64,000 bases of DNA from Clostridia bacterium. GTDB taxonomy: Bacteria > Bacillota > Clostridia > Christensenellales > Borkfalkiaceae. Positions 8,002 through 17,153 of this stretch are shown one piece after another. The position numbers and the translations under genes were made by a program. Position 1 is the first letter of the stretch; each line of letters starts with the position of its first letter. The notes beneath the pieces are model-generated. The model worked only from the letters and a program-made list of their open reading frames with translations, did no database searches and had not been told where the DNA came from. The stretch spans positions 14,204 to 78,203 of the forward strand of contig JAGATP010000007.1 in NCBI GenBank assembly GCA_017621155.1. Reading direction: 5' to 3'.

Positions 8002-9492
8002 ATGGAACAAATCATCAACGAACAGGAAAAGCTCGCCGAGCAGGCGCTCATTCGCCGTCAGAAGCTCGCAAAATTGCAGGAAGAGGGCAACAACCCCTAC
8101 GAAAAGGTAAAGTACGAGATCACGCACCATTCGAAGTCCGTCAAGGAAAACTTCGAAGCACTCGAGGGAAAGGAAGTCTCCCTTGCGGGAAGATTGATGT
8201 CCCGCCGCATCATGGGCAAGGCGTCCTTTTCCCACATCTCGGACAGAGAGGGCAAAATTCAGCTCTATCTTTCCCGCGACGATCTGGGCGAAACCGTCTA
8301 CACCGCCTACAAAAAGGACTTCGACATCGGCGATATTGTCGGCGTCAGGGGATTCGTCTTTAGGACCAAGACGGGAGAAATTTCCGTTCACGCGACGCAC
8401 TTCGAAATGCTCGCAAAGTCCCTTTTGCCCCTTCCCGAAAAGTTCAACGGACTGCAAAATCCCGACCTGAAATACCGTCAAAGATACGTCGATCTCATCG
8501 TCAACGACGAGGTGAAGAACACCTTTATCGCACGGAGCAAAATCATCAAGGCGATCCGCGCCTATCTCGACGGACAGGGTTATCTCGAAGTGGATACCCC
8601 CGTTTTGCACACCCTTGAAATCGGTGCGGCTGCCCGTCCCTTCAAGACCCATCACAACGCCCTCGACATCGATATGTTCCTCCGCATCGAGACGGAGCTC
8701 TACTTAAAGCGGCTCATTGTCGGCGGCTTGGAAAAGGTGTACGAGGTCGGCAGAATTTTCCGCAACGAGGGCATGGACGCCTATCATAACCCCGAATTCA
8801 CCTCCATCGAGATGTATCAGGCGTATTCCGATTACAAGGACATGATGGATCTCATCGAAAATATGTACCGTACCGTCACGCAGGAAGTCTGCGGCACCAC
8901 TCTCATCTCTTATCAGGGAACGGAAATCGACATGGGCAAGCCTTGGGAACGGCTTACTATGGTCGAGGCGGTCAAAAAATACGCGGGCGTGGACTATAAC
9001 GAATGGGAAAGCGACGAGGCGGCAAGGCAAATTGCCAAGGAAAAACACGTCGCAATCGAGGAAGGGGACAAGGCGAACAAGCGCCACGTTCTCCTCGCAT
9101 TCTTTGATGCGTTCGTTGAGGAACAGCTCGTTCAGCCAACCATCATTTACGACTATCCCGTTGAAAATTCTCCCCTCGCCAAGAGAAAACCCTCCGAGCC
9201 CGATTTCACCGAGCGGTTTGAATATTTCATCTGCGGACACGAATACGGCAACGCCTTTTCCGAGCTCAACGACCCCATCGATCAGAAGGCGCGCTTCGTC
9301 CGTCAGGTCGAAGAGAGAAAGGCGCAGGGCATCAAGGCGGAGGTTGACGAGGACTTCGTCACCGCGCTCGAATACGGACTGCCTCCCACGGGCGGGCTTG
9401 GGCTCGGACTCGACCGTCTCGTCATGCTTCTGACGGACAGCGCAACCATTCGGGACGTCATTCTCTTCCCCACCATGAAACCCAAAAAATAA
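8002..9492 (+). CDS. lysS: lysine--tRNA ligase (class II)
   Basis: 496 aa. It has an OB-fold N-domain and class II motifs (FRNEG...HNPEFT; GGLGLGLDRLVM). Synteny with greA. Confidence 0.95.
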   Translation: MEQIINEQEKLAEQALIRRQKLAKLQEEGNNPYEKVKYEITHHSKSVKENFEALEGKEVSLAGRLMSRRIMGKASFSHISDREGKIQLYLSRDDLGETVYTAYKKDFDIGDIVGVRGFVFRTKTGEISVHATHFEMLAKSLLPLPEKFNGLQNPDLKYRQRYVDLIVNDEVKNTFIARSKIIKAIRAYLDGQGYLEVDTPVLHTLEIGAAARPFKTHHNALDIDMFLRIETELYLKRLIVGGLEKVYEVGRIFRNEGMDAYHNPEFTSIEMYQAYSDYKDMMDLIENMYRTVTQEVCGTTLISYQGTEIDMGKPWERLTMVEAVKKYAGVDYNEWESDEAARQIAKEKHVAIEEGDKANKRHVLLAFFDAFVEEQLVQPTIIYDYPVENSPLAKRKPSEPDFTERFEYFICGHEYGNAFSELNDPIDQKARFVRQVEERKAQGIKAEVDEDFVTALEYGLPPTGGLGLGLDRLVMLLTDSATIRDVILFPTMKPKK

Positions 9493-9500
9493 GTTTTGAT

Positions 9501-9533
9501 CGGCACGGAGAGAGGTTTTCCGTGCCGTTTTTT
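9501..9533 (+). terminator. intrinsic terminator after lysS
   Basis: Stem CGGCACGG/CCGTGCCG followed by TTTTTT. Confidence 0.8.
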
Positions 9534-9568
9534 CCCGCAAACGGAGCGCTCTTTGGGCGGTTTTTTCC

Positions 9569-10768
9569 ATGAATCACATCCTTTTCATGCTCAAAAAGAG
9601 GAGAAAGCACCTCTCCTTTCATACGCCGGGGCACAAAGTCGGCAAGTGGGACATCACCGAGCTGTCCTTTTCGGACAACCTTGCAAATCCCACGGGCGTC
9701 TTGAAGCGTGCGGAGGACGACATTACAAAATGTCTCAAGAGTCGGCGCAGCTTCCTTCTGACGGACGGAAGCACCTCGGGCGTTTTATCCATGCTCTACG
9801 CTTCCAAGGCAAAGCGGATGTTTTTGCCGAGAGAATCGCACAAGAGCGCGTACAACGGCTGTAAGCTTTTCGGAATTACCCCCGTTCTTTGGGAAGGGGA
9901 ATGGAAGGCGGGCCTTCCCCCCCTTGCAAAGCGGGAGGACGTCGAAAAGGTGATCGACCAAATCGACGCCGTGTTTCTCACCTCCCCCGACTATTACGGC
10001 AGGGTTCCCGATCTCAAGGGAATTTCTTCCCTCTGCAAGGAGCATGGCTTGCCCCTTCTCATCGACGGTGCGCACGGAAGTCACTTGCGCGGTACTTCCC
10101 TCTATGCGGGGGAATACGCCGACTATTGGGTGGACGGGGTGCACAAATCCCTCCCCGCCTTGACGCAAGGGGCGGTCGTCTCCACGAATGTGGACGAAGG
10201 GGCGCTCAAAGAGGCGGTCGGCATCTTCCGCACGACCTCTCCGAGCTATCCGATCATGGCTTCTGTGGAGTACGCAGTTAAGGCAAAGCCAAACGAGAAG
10301 GTGCGCCTGTACGCAAAGAAGCTCGCAAAGGCGTACGGCATTGCAAACGACGATTGGACAAAGCTGGTCGTCCCCTTCGGCAGAGCCGCCGAAGCGGCGG
10401 AAAGCTGGCTCGAAGCACATAACATTTATCCCGAATTTTGCGACGGGAATTACATTGCATTTTATCTTTCCGATTGCAACAAGCTAAGAGAGCTGAAACG
10501 ACTGGAGAAGGCGCTCAAAACGCTCGGCGTCGGAAGAGCGACAGAGGATTCCCCTCACGAAAGGGGGGAAAGGGGAGAGAAAACCGAGCTCGTTTCCTAT
10601 CGGGAGGCAATCGGCAGAACGGTTGCGGGCGAGGTAGGGCTCTTCCCGCCCTGCATTCCCCTCGTCTCGGACGGGGAAATTCTCAAAAAAGAGGATGCCG
10701 AACGGCTCGAACGAGCCAAGAATACCTTTGGAACGGAGGATGGAAAGGTCTATGTCTACAAGAGGTAA
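9569..10768 (+). CDS. Orn/Lys/Arg decarboxylase family PLP enzyme (YaaO-like)
   Basis: 399 aa. Motifs HTPGHK, SPDYYG, DGAHGSH and the lysine context VHKSLPALTQGA. It sits upstream of tmk, as in Bacillus. Confidence 0.85.
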   Translation: MNHILFMLKKRRKHLSFHTPGHKVGKWDITELSFSDNLANPTGVLKRAEDDITKCLKSRRSFLLTDGSTSGVLSMLYASKAKRMFLPRESHKSAYNGCKLFGITPVLWEGEWKAGLPPLAKREDVEKVIDQIDAVFLTSPDYYGRVPDLKGISSLCKEHGLPLLIDGAHGSHLRGTSLYAGEYADYWVDGVHKSLPALTQGAVVSTNVDEGALKEAVGIFRTTSPSYPIMASVEYAVKAKPNEKVRLYAKKLAKAYGIANDDWTKLVVPFGRAAEAAESWLEAHNIYPEFCDGNYIAFYLSDCNKLRELKRLEKALKTLGVGRATEDSPHERGERGEKTELVSYREAIGRTVAGEVGLFPPCIPLVSDGEILKKEDAERLERAKNTFGTEDGKVYVYKR

Positions 10769-11372
10769 ATTTATCACGCTGGAAGGCTGCGACGGGTGCG
10801 GAAAATCCACTCAGCTCGCCCTTTTGTCCGCCTATCTTAAGAAGCGGGGGATTGCCCATCTCTTCACGAGAGAGCCGGGCGGCAGCAAAATTGCGGAAGA
10901 GATCCGCGCCATGATTTTAAACAAAGACAACAAGGAGATGACGGATTCCTGCGAGGCGCTCTTGTACGCCGCCGCACGGGTGCAGCACCTCGAAGAGAAG
11001 GTGCTTCCCGCATTGAACGCAGGAACGCTCGTCATCTGCGACCGATACATCGACAGCTCTTACGCCTATCAGGGAGAGGCGCGGGGGCTTGGCTACGAAG
11101 CGGTGAAGGAAATCAACCGCTATGCGATTTCCCCCGATTTGACGATCTTCCTCGACATTGCGCCCGAAGACGCCTTTGCCCGCAAGCGGGGGATCGATGA
11201 AAACGACAGAATGGAGCTACAGGGGCTCGCCTTTCACCGCAAGGTGTACGAGGGCTATCGGCACATCGCCGAGCGAGAGCCCGAACGCTTCGTCCCCGTC
11301 GATTCCTACTGCTCCGCAGAGGAAGTGCATAAAACTATCGTCTCCCTTCTGCAACAGAGGGGAATCGTATGA
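10752..11372 (+). CDS. tmk: thymidylate kinase
   Basis: I take the start at MSTRGKFITLEGCDGCGKSTQ (P-loop). The longer ORF-track start at 10695 lies inside the previous gene. Confidence 0.92.
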   Translation: MSTRGKFITLEGCDGCGKSTQLALLSAYLKKRGIAHLFTREPGGSKIAEEIRAMILNKDNKEMTDSCEALLYAAARVQHLEEKVLPALNAGTLVICDRYIDSSYAYQGEARGLGYEAVKEINRYAISPDLTIFLDIAPEDAFARKRGIDENDRMELQGLAFHRKVYEGYRHIAEREPERFVPVDSYCSAEEVHKTIVSLLQQRGIV

Positions 11373-12298
11373 GAGAGCTGCTGCAAAAGACGCTCGCCTA
11401 TCGCATGATCGAGGGAAAGGTCGAAAGCGGAAGAAGGGGTCACGCCTATCTCCTCTTATCCGAGGACGAGGGGACGCTGAGAAAAACCCTTCGCATCTTC
11501 GCCTCCGCCCTCTACTGCGGGGACAAGCGAAAGAGCGCGCTCATCGAGCGGGAGTGCTTTTCGGACTGTCTGTTCTTTCCCGAAGAGGGGAAAAAGCCCT
11601 CCGTCGAGGACGCGGGACGCATTTTGGACGAGAGCATCGTCCGACCCATCGAGGGGGACGTCAAGCTCTTCGTCTTCGACAAATTTCACCTCGCCAACGC
11701 GCCCACGCAGAACAAGCTGTTAAAGGTGCTGGAAGAGCCGCCCGAAGGCGTCTGCTTTCTCTTGGGGGCGACGAGCGCCTATCCCGTTCTTCCCACCATT
11801 CTCTCCCGCGTGGAAAAGCTCGAAATTCCCCTGTTTTCGGAGTCGGAAATCGAGGCGTATCTTACTCGAGATTATCCGCAGACAGAGAAGGAAAAGCGAC
11901 ATGCCGCGGCGGCAGCCGCAGGGGGACTTCCCTCCCGCGCAGAGGAATTTCTGACGGGGGGAGACTTCGAAACCCTGCTTTCCCTCGCCTTCCGTGCGCT
12001 GAACGCAGAGCCTGCCGAGCTCCCCGCGCTCTCCGCCGAAATCGAGCAGTTCGGCAAAAAAGAGGATTTTTTGTCCGTCTTCAAGCTCGTGTGCAGGGAC
12101 GCTCTGATGCGGACGCTCGGAAAGCCCCCGCTCTTGGAACGGTCGGCAAAGACCGCTCACACCAAGGAAAGCCTCGTTGCTGCCATCGACCTCCTTTCGG
12201 ACACGGAAGGAAAGGTCAAATTCAACGCAAACTATCGTCAGGCGGTGGAAATCCTCCTTGCCGCCATCTATAAGGAGAAGAAAAAATGGTTAAAGTAG
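11369..12298 (+). CDS. holB: DNA polymerase III subunit delta prime
   Basis: 309 aa. It is AAA+-like (GHAYLLLSEDEG, NKLLKVLEEPP) and its start overlaps the tmk stop. Confidence 0.88.
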   Translation: MRELLQKTLAYRMIEGKVESGRRGHAYLLLSEDEGTLRKTLRIFASALYCGDKRKSALIERECFSDCLFFPEEGKKPSVEDAGRILDESIVRPIEGDVKLFVFDKFHLANAPTQNKLLKVLEEPPEGVCFLLGATSAYPVLPTILSRVEKLEIPLFSESEIEAYLTRDYPQTEKEKRHAAAAAAGGLPSRAEEFLTGGDFETLLSLAFRALNAEPAELPALSAEIEQFGKKEDFLSVFKLVCRDALMRTLGKPPLLERSAKTAHTKESLVAAIDLLSDTEGKVKFNANYRQAVEILLAAIYKEKKKWLK

Positions 12299-13161
12299 TC
12301 GCCACGAAATTCCGCACGGGCTGCAAGCTCTATTACTTTGCGCCCAATCCCGGAGAAACTTATGCGCGCAATATGGGCGTCATCGTCGAGACCGCAAAAG
12401 GGCCTGAATACGCCATTGTGGTCTATCCCGAAAAAGAGGTGGAGGAGAGTGAAATCGTCTCCCCCTTAAAGCCCGTTTTGCGCATCGCCACCAAGAAAGA
12501 CCTTGAAAACATCGCGCGGGGAGAGGCTCGCCGCCCCGAAGCCGTCCGCATCTGCAAGGAAAAGGTGCTTGCTCGTAACCTTCCCATGAAGATTTTAGAC
12601 TGCGAGTTCGCCTTTGACAACAGCAAGGTCATCTTCTACTTCACGGCGGAGGGAAGGGTGGACTTTCGGGAGCTCGTTAGAGACCTCGCTTCCGTCTTCC
12701 ACATCCGCATTGAATTAAGACAGGTCGGCATTCGGGACGAGACGAAAATCCTCGGTGGCATCGCCCCCTGCGGAAGGGAATGCTGCTGCGCGGGTTGTAT
12801 GCCCGAATTTAAAAAGGTGTCCATCAAGATGGCGAAAAATCAGGGACTTTCCTTAAATCCCGGCAAGATCTCCGGGCTTTGCGGAAGGCTCATGTGCTGT
12901 CTCGGCTATGAGAATTACTACTACGCCGACGCTTTCAAAAAGATGCCCAAGGTCGGCAGCGAAGTGGATACTCCCGACGGAAAGGGCACGGTCGTCACGA
13001 CGAACATGCTGAAAATGGAAGTTCGGGTCAAGATCGAACTAAAGGACGGGCTTACTTACAAGGATTTCCCCTTGGAGAAGATTCGCTTCAAAAAGGGAAA
13101 ACAGGACAAAGAGGAGAAGGAAACCCTCGATCCTTCCGTCAAGCAATTGCTCGACGAATGA
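12286..13161 (+). CDS. ricT: PSP1-domain protein, YaaT/RicT-like
   Basis: 291 aa. It has a PSP1 core and a Cys cluster (CGRECCCAGC...LCGRLMCCL). Conserved position after holB. Confidence 0.85.
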   Translation: MVKVVATKFRTGCKLYYFAPNPGETYARNMGVIVETAKGPEYAIVVYPEKEVEESEIVSPLKPVLRIATKKDLENIARGEARRPEAVRICKEKVLARNLPMKILDCEFAFDNSKVIFYFTAEGRVDFRELVRDLASVFHIRIELRQVGIRDETKILGGIAPCGRECCCAGCMPEFKKVSIKMAKNQGLSLNPGKISGLCGRLMCCLGYENYYYADAFKKMPKVGSEVDTPDGKGTVVTTNMLKMEVRVKIELKDGLTYKDFPLEKIRFKKGKQDKEEKETLDPSVKQLLDE

Positions 13162-13201
13162 TTTTTTCCAAAAAAAAGCACAAAAATTTGAGGAAAAAGT
13201 A

Positions 13202-13230
13202 TAGACAACCAAATGAAGTTGTGTTATAAT
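13202..13230 (+). promoter_or_regulatory. sigma-A type promoter (TAGACA-17-TATAAT, TG-extended) for the ferredoxin gene
   Basis: TAGACA at 13202-13207, with tgtTATAAT ending at 13230. Confidence 0.65.
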
Positions 13231-13265
13231 AGTATCACAACAAATAAAAAACGGAGGAAACAATT

Positions 13266-13433
13266 ATGGCACATAAAGTGACGGATGAGTGCGTAGGATG
13301 CGGCGCTTGCGTCGATACTTGCCCTGTCGGAGCAATCACCTTGGACGGAACCGCAAAGGTGGATCCCGATGCTTGCGTTGATTGCGGAGCTTGTGAGGGT
13401 GTTTGCCCTACCGGCGCAATCCAGGCTGAGTAA
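13266..13433 (+). CDS. 2x[4Fe-4S] clostridial-type ferredoxin (55 aa)
   Basis: Own translation: [55 protein letters not shown], which contains two CxxCxxCxxxCP motifs. GGAGG SD. It falls below the ORF-track length cut-off. Confidence 0.9.
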   Translation: MAHKVTDECVGCGACVDTCPVGAITLDGTAKVDPDACVDCGACEGVCPTGAIQAE

Positions 13434-13448
13434 TCATGGAACAGAAGG

Positions 13449-13476
13449 GCACGGAGCAATCCGTGCTTTTTCTTTT
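13449..13476 (+). terminator. intrinsic terminator after the ferredoxin gene
   Basis: Stem GCACGGA/TCCGTGC with loop GCAA, followed by TTTTTCTTTT. Confidence 0.75.
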
Positions 13477-13490
13477 ATGGAGAAAATGGC

Positions 13491-14156
13491 ATGCAGACGA
13501 CAATCGATCTCCTTCCCGGAGGACTGAAAATCGTACAAAATCCCGATCTTTACCGCTTTACGTCCGATTCCGTCTTGCTCTCCAAGTTCGCAAGGGCGAA
13601 AGCGCACGACGAAATCGCCGACTTTTGCGCGGGGAGCGGCATTGTGGGACTGCACTTTTACGCCCTGCACGGCGGGGATTCGCTCACCTTCGTCGAATTA
13701 CAGGAGGAGCTTGCCCGCCTCTGCGAGGAGAGCGTCGCCTTGAGCGGTCTGGAACACATTTCCACCGTCCTCAACCAATCGGTGCAGAGCTTGGATTCCT
13801 CCTATGCGGGGAAGTTTTCCCTCGTCTTGTGCAATCCTCCGTACGAGCGTGCAGGGTTTGAAAACAAGGACGAAAAGAAGGCGATTTGCCGAAAGGAGCT
13901 GACGCTCACCTTTTCGGAGCTTGCCAAGGCGGCTTCCCGCGCGCTCAAATACGGCGGGCGGTTTGCCTTTTGCCACAGGGCGGATCGGCTTGCCGAGCTG
14001 ATCTGTACCCTCAAGGGAGAAAATTTAGAGCCGAAGCGCCTTGCCTTCGTGGCGGGGCGGGAGGGGGACAAGCCGTACCTTCTCCTCATGGAGGCGGTCA
14101 AGGGCGGCAAAGAGGGAATGGAAATTTTACCCACCCTCGTCAATAAGGAGAACTGA
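13491..14156 (+). CDS. SAM-dependent N6-adenine methyltransferase, YabB/TrmN6-like (tRNA m6A37)
   Basis: 221 aa. SAM motif DFCAGSGIVG and catalytic motif NPPY (LVLCNPPYE). Confidence 0.8.
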   Translation: MQTTIDLLPGGLKIVQNPDLYRFTSDSVLLSKFARAKAHDEIADFCAGSGIVGLHFYALHGGDSLTFVELQEELARLCEESVALSGLEHISTVLNQSVQSLDSSYAGKFSLVLCNPPYERAGFENKDEKKAICRKELTLTFSELAKAASRALKYGGRFAFCHRADRLAELICTLKGENLEPKRLAFVAGREGDKPYLLLMEAVKGGKEGMEILPTLVNKEN

Positions 14157-14157
14157 T

Positions 14158-14421
14158 ATGCGCTTTCAAGCGGGAGACATCGTAAAACATTTCAAGCGAG
14201 AGCTGATACAAGGGGAAAAGGGAACGAAGTACCTCTACGAGATCGTGGGCGTCGCTCACCATTCGGAGACGGGAGAGCTTTTCATGATCTACAAAGCCCT
14301 TTACGGAGAGGGCGGCATGTGCGCCAGACCTCTTGCCATGTTCGAGTCCGAGGTCGATCGGGAAAAGTACCCCGACGTCAGGCAGAAGTACCGTTTCGAG
14401 CGGTACGAGGGGGAAGCATGA
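14158..14421 (+). CDS. DUF1653-like small protein
   Basis: I take the start at MRFQAGDIVKHFK.... The sequence KYLYEIVGVAHHSETGELFMIYKALYG is typical of the family. AGGAG SD. Confidence 0.7.
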   Translation: MRFQAGDIVKHFKRELIQGEKGTKYLYEIVGVAHHSETGELFMIYKALYGEGGMCARPLAMFESEVDREKYPDVRQKYRFERYEGEA

Positions 14422-15221
14422 TCACCTTCGTTGCGACCCCGATCGGGAATTTAAAGGACATCACCCTCCGCGCGCTCGAAGTCCTCAAGGGGGCGGACGT
14501 CATTTACTGCGAGGATACGAGGCACACCCTTCGCCTTCTCAACGCCTTCGAGATCAAAAAGCCCCTCGTCGCCTGCCATAAATTCAACGAAAAGGAGGCG
14601 GCGCTCCGCATCGTCTCCGATTATGCAGAGGGCAAGGAAATCGCCATCGTCTCGGACGCGGGAATGCCCGTCATTTCCGACCCCGGCAATGCCGTCTGCC
14701 AAATTTTAAAGGAGAAGGGGATTCCCTACACGATTGCCCCCGGAGCGAATGCGGCGCTCTCCGCCCTCATTTTGTCGGGGCTTCCCGCCGATCGGTTTAC
14801 CTTCGTCGGCTTTCTTCCCGACAAGGCGGGGGAAAAGCGGAAGCTTCTCGAAGGGTACGCTTCGGTCAAAACCACCCTCCTGTTCCACAGCGCGCCGCAG
14901 GACGTCGACAAAGACATTGCGGCGATGGCGGAAACGCTCGGAAACAGGCGGGCGTGCGCCGTGCGGGAGATCACCAAAATTCACGAAGAGAGCGTCTCCT
15001 TTTCTCTTGAAGAGGGACTTCCCGGCGAAAAGCGGGGAGAATACGTCCTCGTCGTAGAGGGGGCTTCGGAGGGGAAAAACGAGCTTTGTTCCCTCTCGGA
15101 GACAGAACACATCCGCCACTATATGAGCCTCGGCTATGAGAAAAAAGAGGCGTTGAAACTTGCGGCAAAGGATCGGGGCGTCTCCAAATCCACCCTCTAT
15201 CCCTTTGCATTGGAGCTATGA
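14418..15221 (+). CDS. rsmI: 16S rRNA (cytidine1402-2'-O)-methyltransferase
   Basis: I take the start at MITFVATPIGNLKDITLRALEVL, which forms an ATGA overlap with the upstream stop. Tetrapyrrole-methylase fold. Confidence 0.9.
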   Translation: MITFVATPIGNLKDITLRALEVLKGADVIYCEDTRHTLRLLNAFEIKKPLVACHKFNEKEAALRIVSDYAEGKEIAIVSDAGMPVISDPGNAVCQILKEKGIPYTIAPGANAALSALILSGLPADRFTFVGFLPDKAGEKRKLLEGYASVKTTLLFHSAPQDVDKDIAAMAETLGNRRACAVREITKIHEESVSFSLEEGLPGEKRGEYVLVVEGASEGKNELCSLSETEHIRHYMSLGYEKKEALKLAAKDRGVSKSTLYPFALEL

Positions 15222-16360
15222 TGAAGCGTTATTATTTTGACCATGCCGCCACGACTCCCCTCGATCGAAGGGTGTTGGAGGCGATGATGCCCTATCTGAC
15301 GGAGTGCTATGCCAATCCCTCCTCTTCTCACGCCATGGGAAGGGAAGCCTGCCGCGCCGTCGACGAGGCGCGCGACGGGATCGCCCGCCTCTTGGGACGA
15401 AAGCCCAAAGAGGTCTACTTCACTTCCGGCGGGACGGAAGCGGACAATTGGGCGTTGAAGGGTGCTGCGCTCGCCAACCGCGAGCGGGGAAGGCATATTC
15501 TCATTTCGGCGTTCGAACATCCCGCCGTGTTCGAAAGCGCTTCCTTTTTGCAAAAACAGGGCTACGAGGTGGAGCTCATTCCCGTCCGCGCGGATGGAAT
15601 CGTCGATCTTACCGCCCTTTCCTCCCTCTTAAGAGAGGATACTTGCCTCGTGGCAGTCATGTCTGCCAACAACGAGGTGGGGACGATTCAGCCCCTTGCG
15701 GAAATCGCAACCCTCGTCCATGAGAAGGGCGCGCTCTTCTTTACGGACGCCGTGCAGGCGATGGGGGAGCTTCCCGCCTTCGACGGGGCGGATTTACTGT
15801 CCTTCTCCTCGCACAAGCTGTACGGCCCGAAAGGGGTGGGGGCGCTCGTCGTGGGAGGGGGCGTCAAGCTCGAACGGCTTCACCACGGCGGAATGCAGGA
15901 GCGCTCTTTGCGCGGGGGGACGACCCCGACCGCACAGATCGTTGGCTTTTCCAAGGCGTTTTCCCTTGCCTGCGCCGAGCGGGAAGATCGGACAAAGCGG
16001 GTGCGCTCTCTGCGGGATCGTTTTTTGAAGGGAATTTTGTCCCTTCCGGGGACGGCGCTCAACGGAGATGGGGAGAAGCGGCTCGCCTCGAACGCGAATA
16101 TCTTCTTTGAAGGAAGGAACGGACAGGCGCTTTTGAACAAGTTCGACCTTGCGGGCATCTGCGCCTCTGCGGGTTCTGCCTGCACTTCGGGCGCCGTTCA
16201 TCCCAGCCATACCCTCCTCGCCATGGGAAAGGAGAAGGAGGCTTCCTCCTCGATTCGCTTCTCCTTCGGCAAGGACAACACGGAGACGGAAATCGACGAA
16301 GTGCTCTCCATCATCGAAACGCTGCTTTCTCCCGTTCGGACAAAGAACATTTCTTCCTGA
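15218..16360 (+). CDS. cysteine desulfurase (NifS/IscS family)
   Basis: 380 aa. Motifs YFDHAATTP, PLP-lysine SSHKLYGPKG and active-site Cys SAGSACTSG. Confidence 0.9.
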   Translation: MMKRYYFDHAATTPLDRRVLEAMMPYLTECYANPSSSHAMGREACRAVDEARDGIARLLGRKPKEVYFTSGGTEADNWALKGAALANRERGRHILISAFEHPAVFESASFLQKQGYEVELIPVRADGIVDLTALSSLLREDTCLVAVMSANNEVGTIQPLAEIATLVHEKGALFFTDAVQAMGELPAFDGADLLSFSSHKLYGPKGVGALVVGGGVKLERLHHGGMQERSLRGGTTPTAQIVGFSKAFSLACAEREDRTKRVRSLRDRFLKGILSLPGTALNGDGEKRLASNANIFFEGRNGQALLNKFDLAGICASAGSACTSGAVHPSHTLLAMGKEKEASSSIRFSFGKDNTETEIDEVLSIIETLLSPVRTKNISS

Positions 16361-16445
16361 AAAAGGACAAAAAAAGCAGAAAGGTCTTGAAAAAGGGAAA
16401 AAGGTGTGATAAAATAGCAATTGAGAACAAGGAAGGGGCAATCAG

Positions 16446-17150
16446 ATGAGAATAGCAGTTGTGGAAAACGAGGAGAAGCAGGCAAAGTCGTTGAAAAAGC
16501 TCATCGAGACCGTTGCACTCCGCAAAGAGTGGGAGTGTCGGGTCGATTTGTTTTTCAACGGCGTCGATTTTTTGACCGATTACACCGAGGAGTACGATGC
16601 GGTATTTCTCGATATCGAAATGCCGCTGATGGATGGCATGGAGACGGCAGAACGCCTCCGCAAAAAGGATGAAAACGTCGCCATCGTCTTTGTCACCAAT
16701 ATGGCGCAGTATGCCATCAAAGGCTATCGGGTCGGCGCGCTCGATTTTTTGGTCAAGCCGGTGGACGAATTTGACGTGACTTTGGAAATGGAAAAGATCT
16801 TCCGCATTTCCGCTCGTCTTGCCACAAATTCCGTTTGGGTCAATGCGGCGGGCGCGCTTCGAAAGGTCGTCGTAAATGAAATTCGCTACGTAGAGACAAT
16901 CAACCACAACGTCATCTTGCATCTGAAAAACGAGGAGATTTCCTATCGGGGAACGCTGAAAGACATCGAATCCAAGCTGGACGAAGGGCTGTTCGCCCGT
17001 CCCGATAACTGCTATCTCGTCAACATGTATTACATACGTTGCGTCGAGGGGAACGACGTTCGCTTGACTTCCGGGGAAATTCTGCACATATCGAGGCCTC
17101 GCAAAAAGGCTTTCTTGGAGAAGCTGAATGAGTACATCAACAGAGGATAA
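16446..17150 (+). CDS. LytTR-family response regulator (copy 1)
   Basis: 234 aa. It has a receiver domain (FLDIEMPLMDG) and a C-terminal LytTR DNA-binding domain. Clear paralog of 61691..62404 (the shared stretch IVFVTNMAQYA.KGY). Confidence 0.9.
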   Translation: MRIAVVENEEKQAKSLKKLIETVALRKEWECRVDLFFNGVDFLTDYTEEYDAVFLDIEMPLMDGMETAERLRKKDENVAIVFVTNMAQYAIKGYRVGALDFLVKPVDEFDVTLEMEKIFRISARLATNSVWVNAAGALRKVVVNEIRYVETINHNVILHLKNEEISYRGTLKDIESKLDEGLFARPDNCYLVNMYYIRCVEGNDVRLTSGEILHISRPRKKAFLEKLNEYINRG

Positions 17151-17153
17151 GTT

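Noticed and set aside
11158-12273. 371-aa plus-strand ORF in an alternative frame over tmk/holB. Comparable cases are 24943..26076, 59132..60268, 23808..24725 and 26128..26961.
   Set aside because: These are same-strand out-of-frame ORFs with extreme Arg/Gly/Ser/Pro content. The overlapping frames encode well-recognised proteins.
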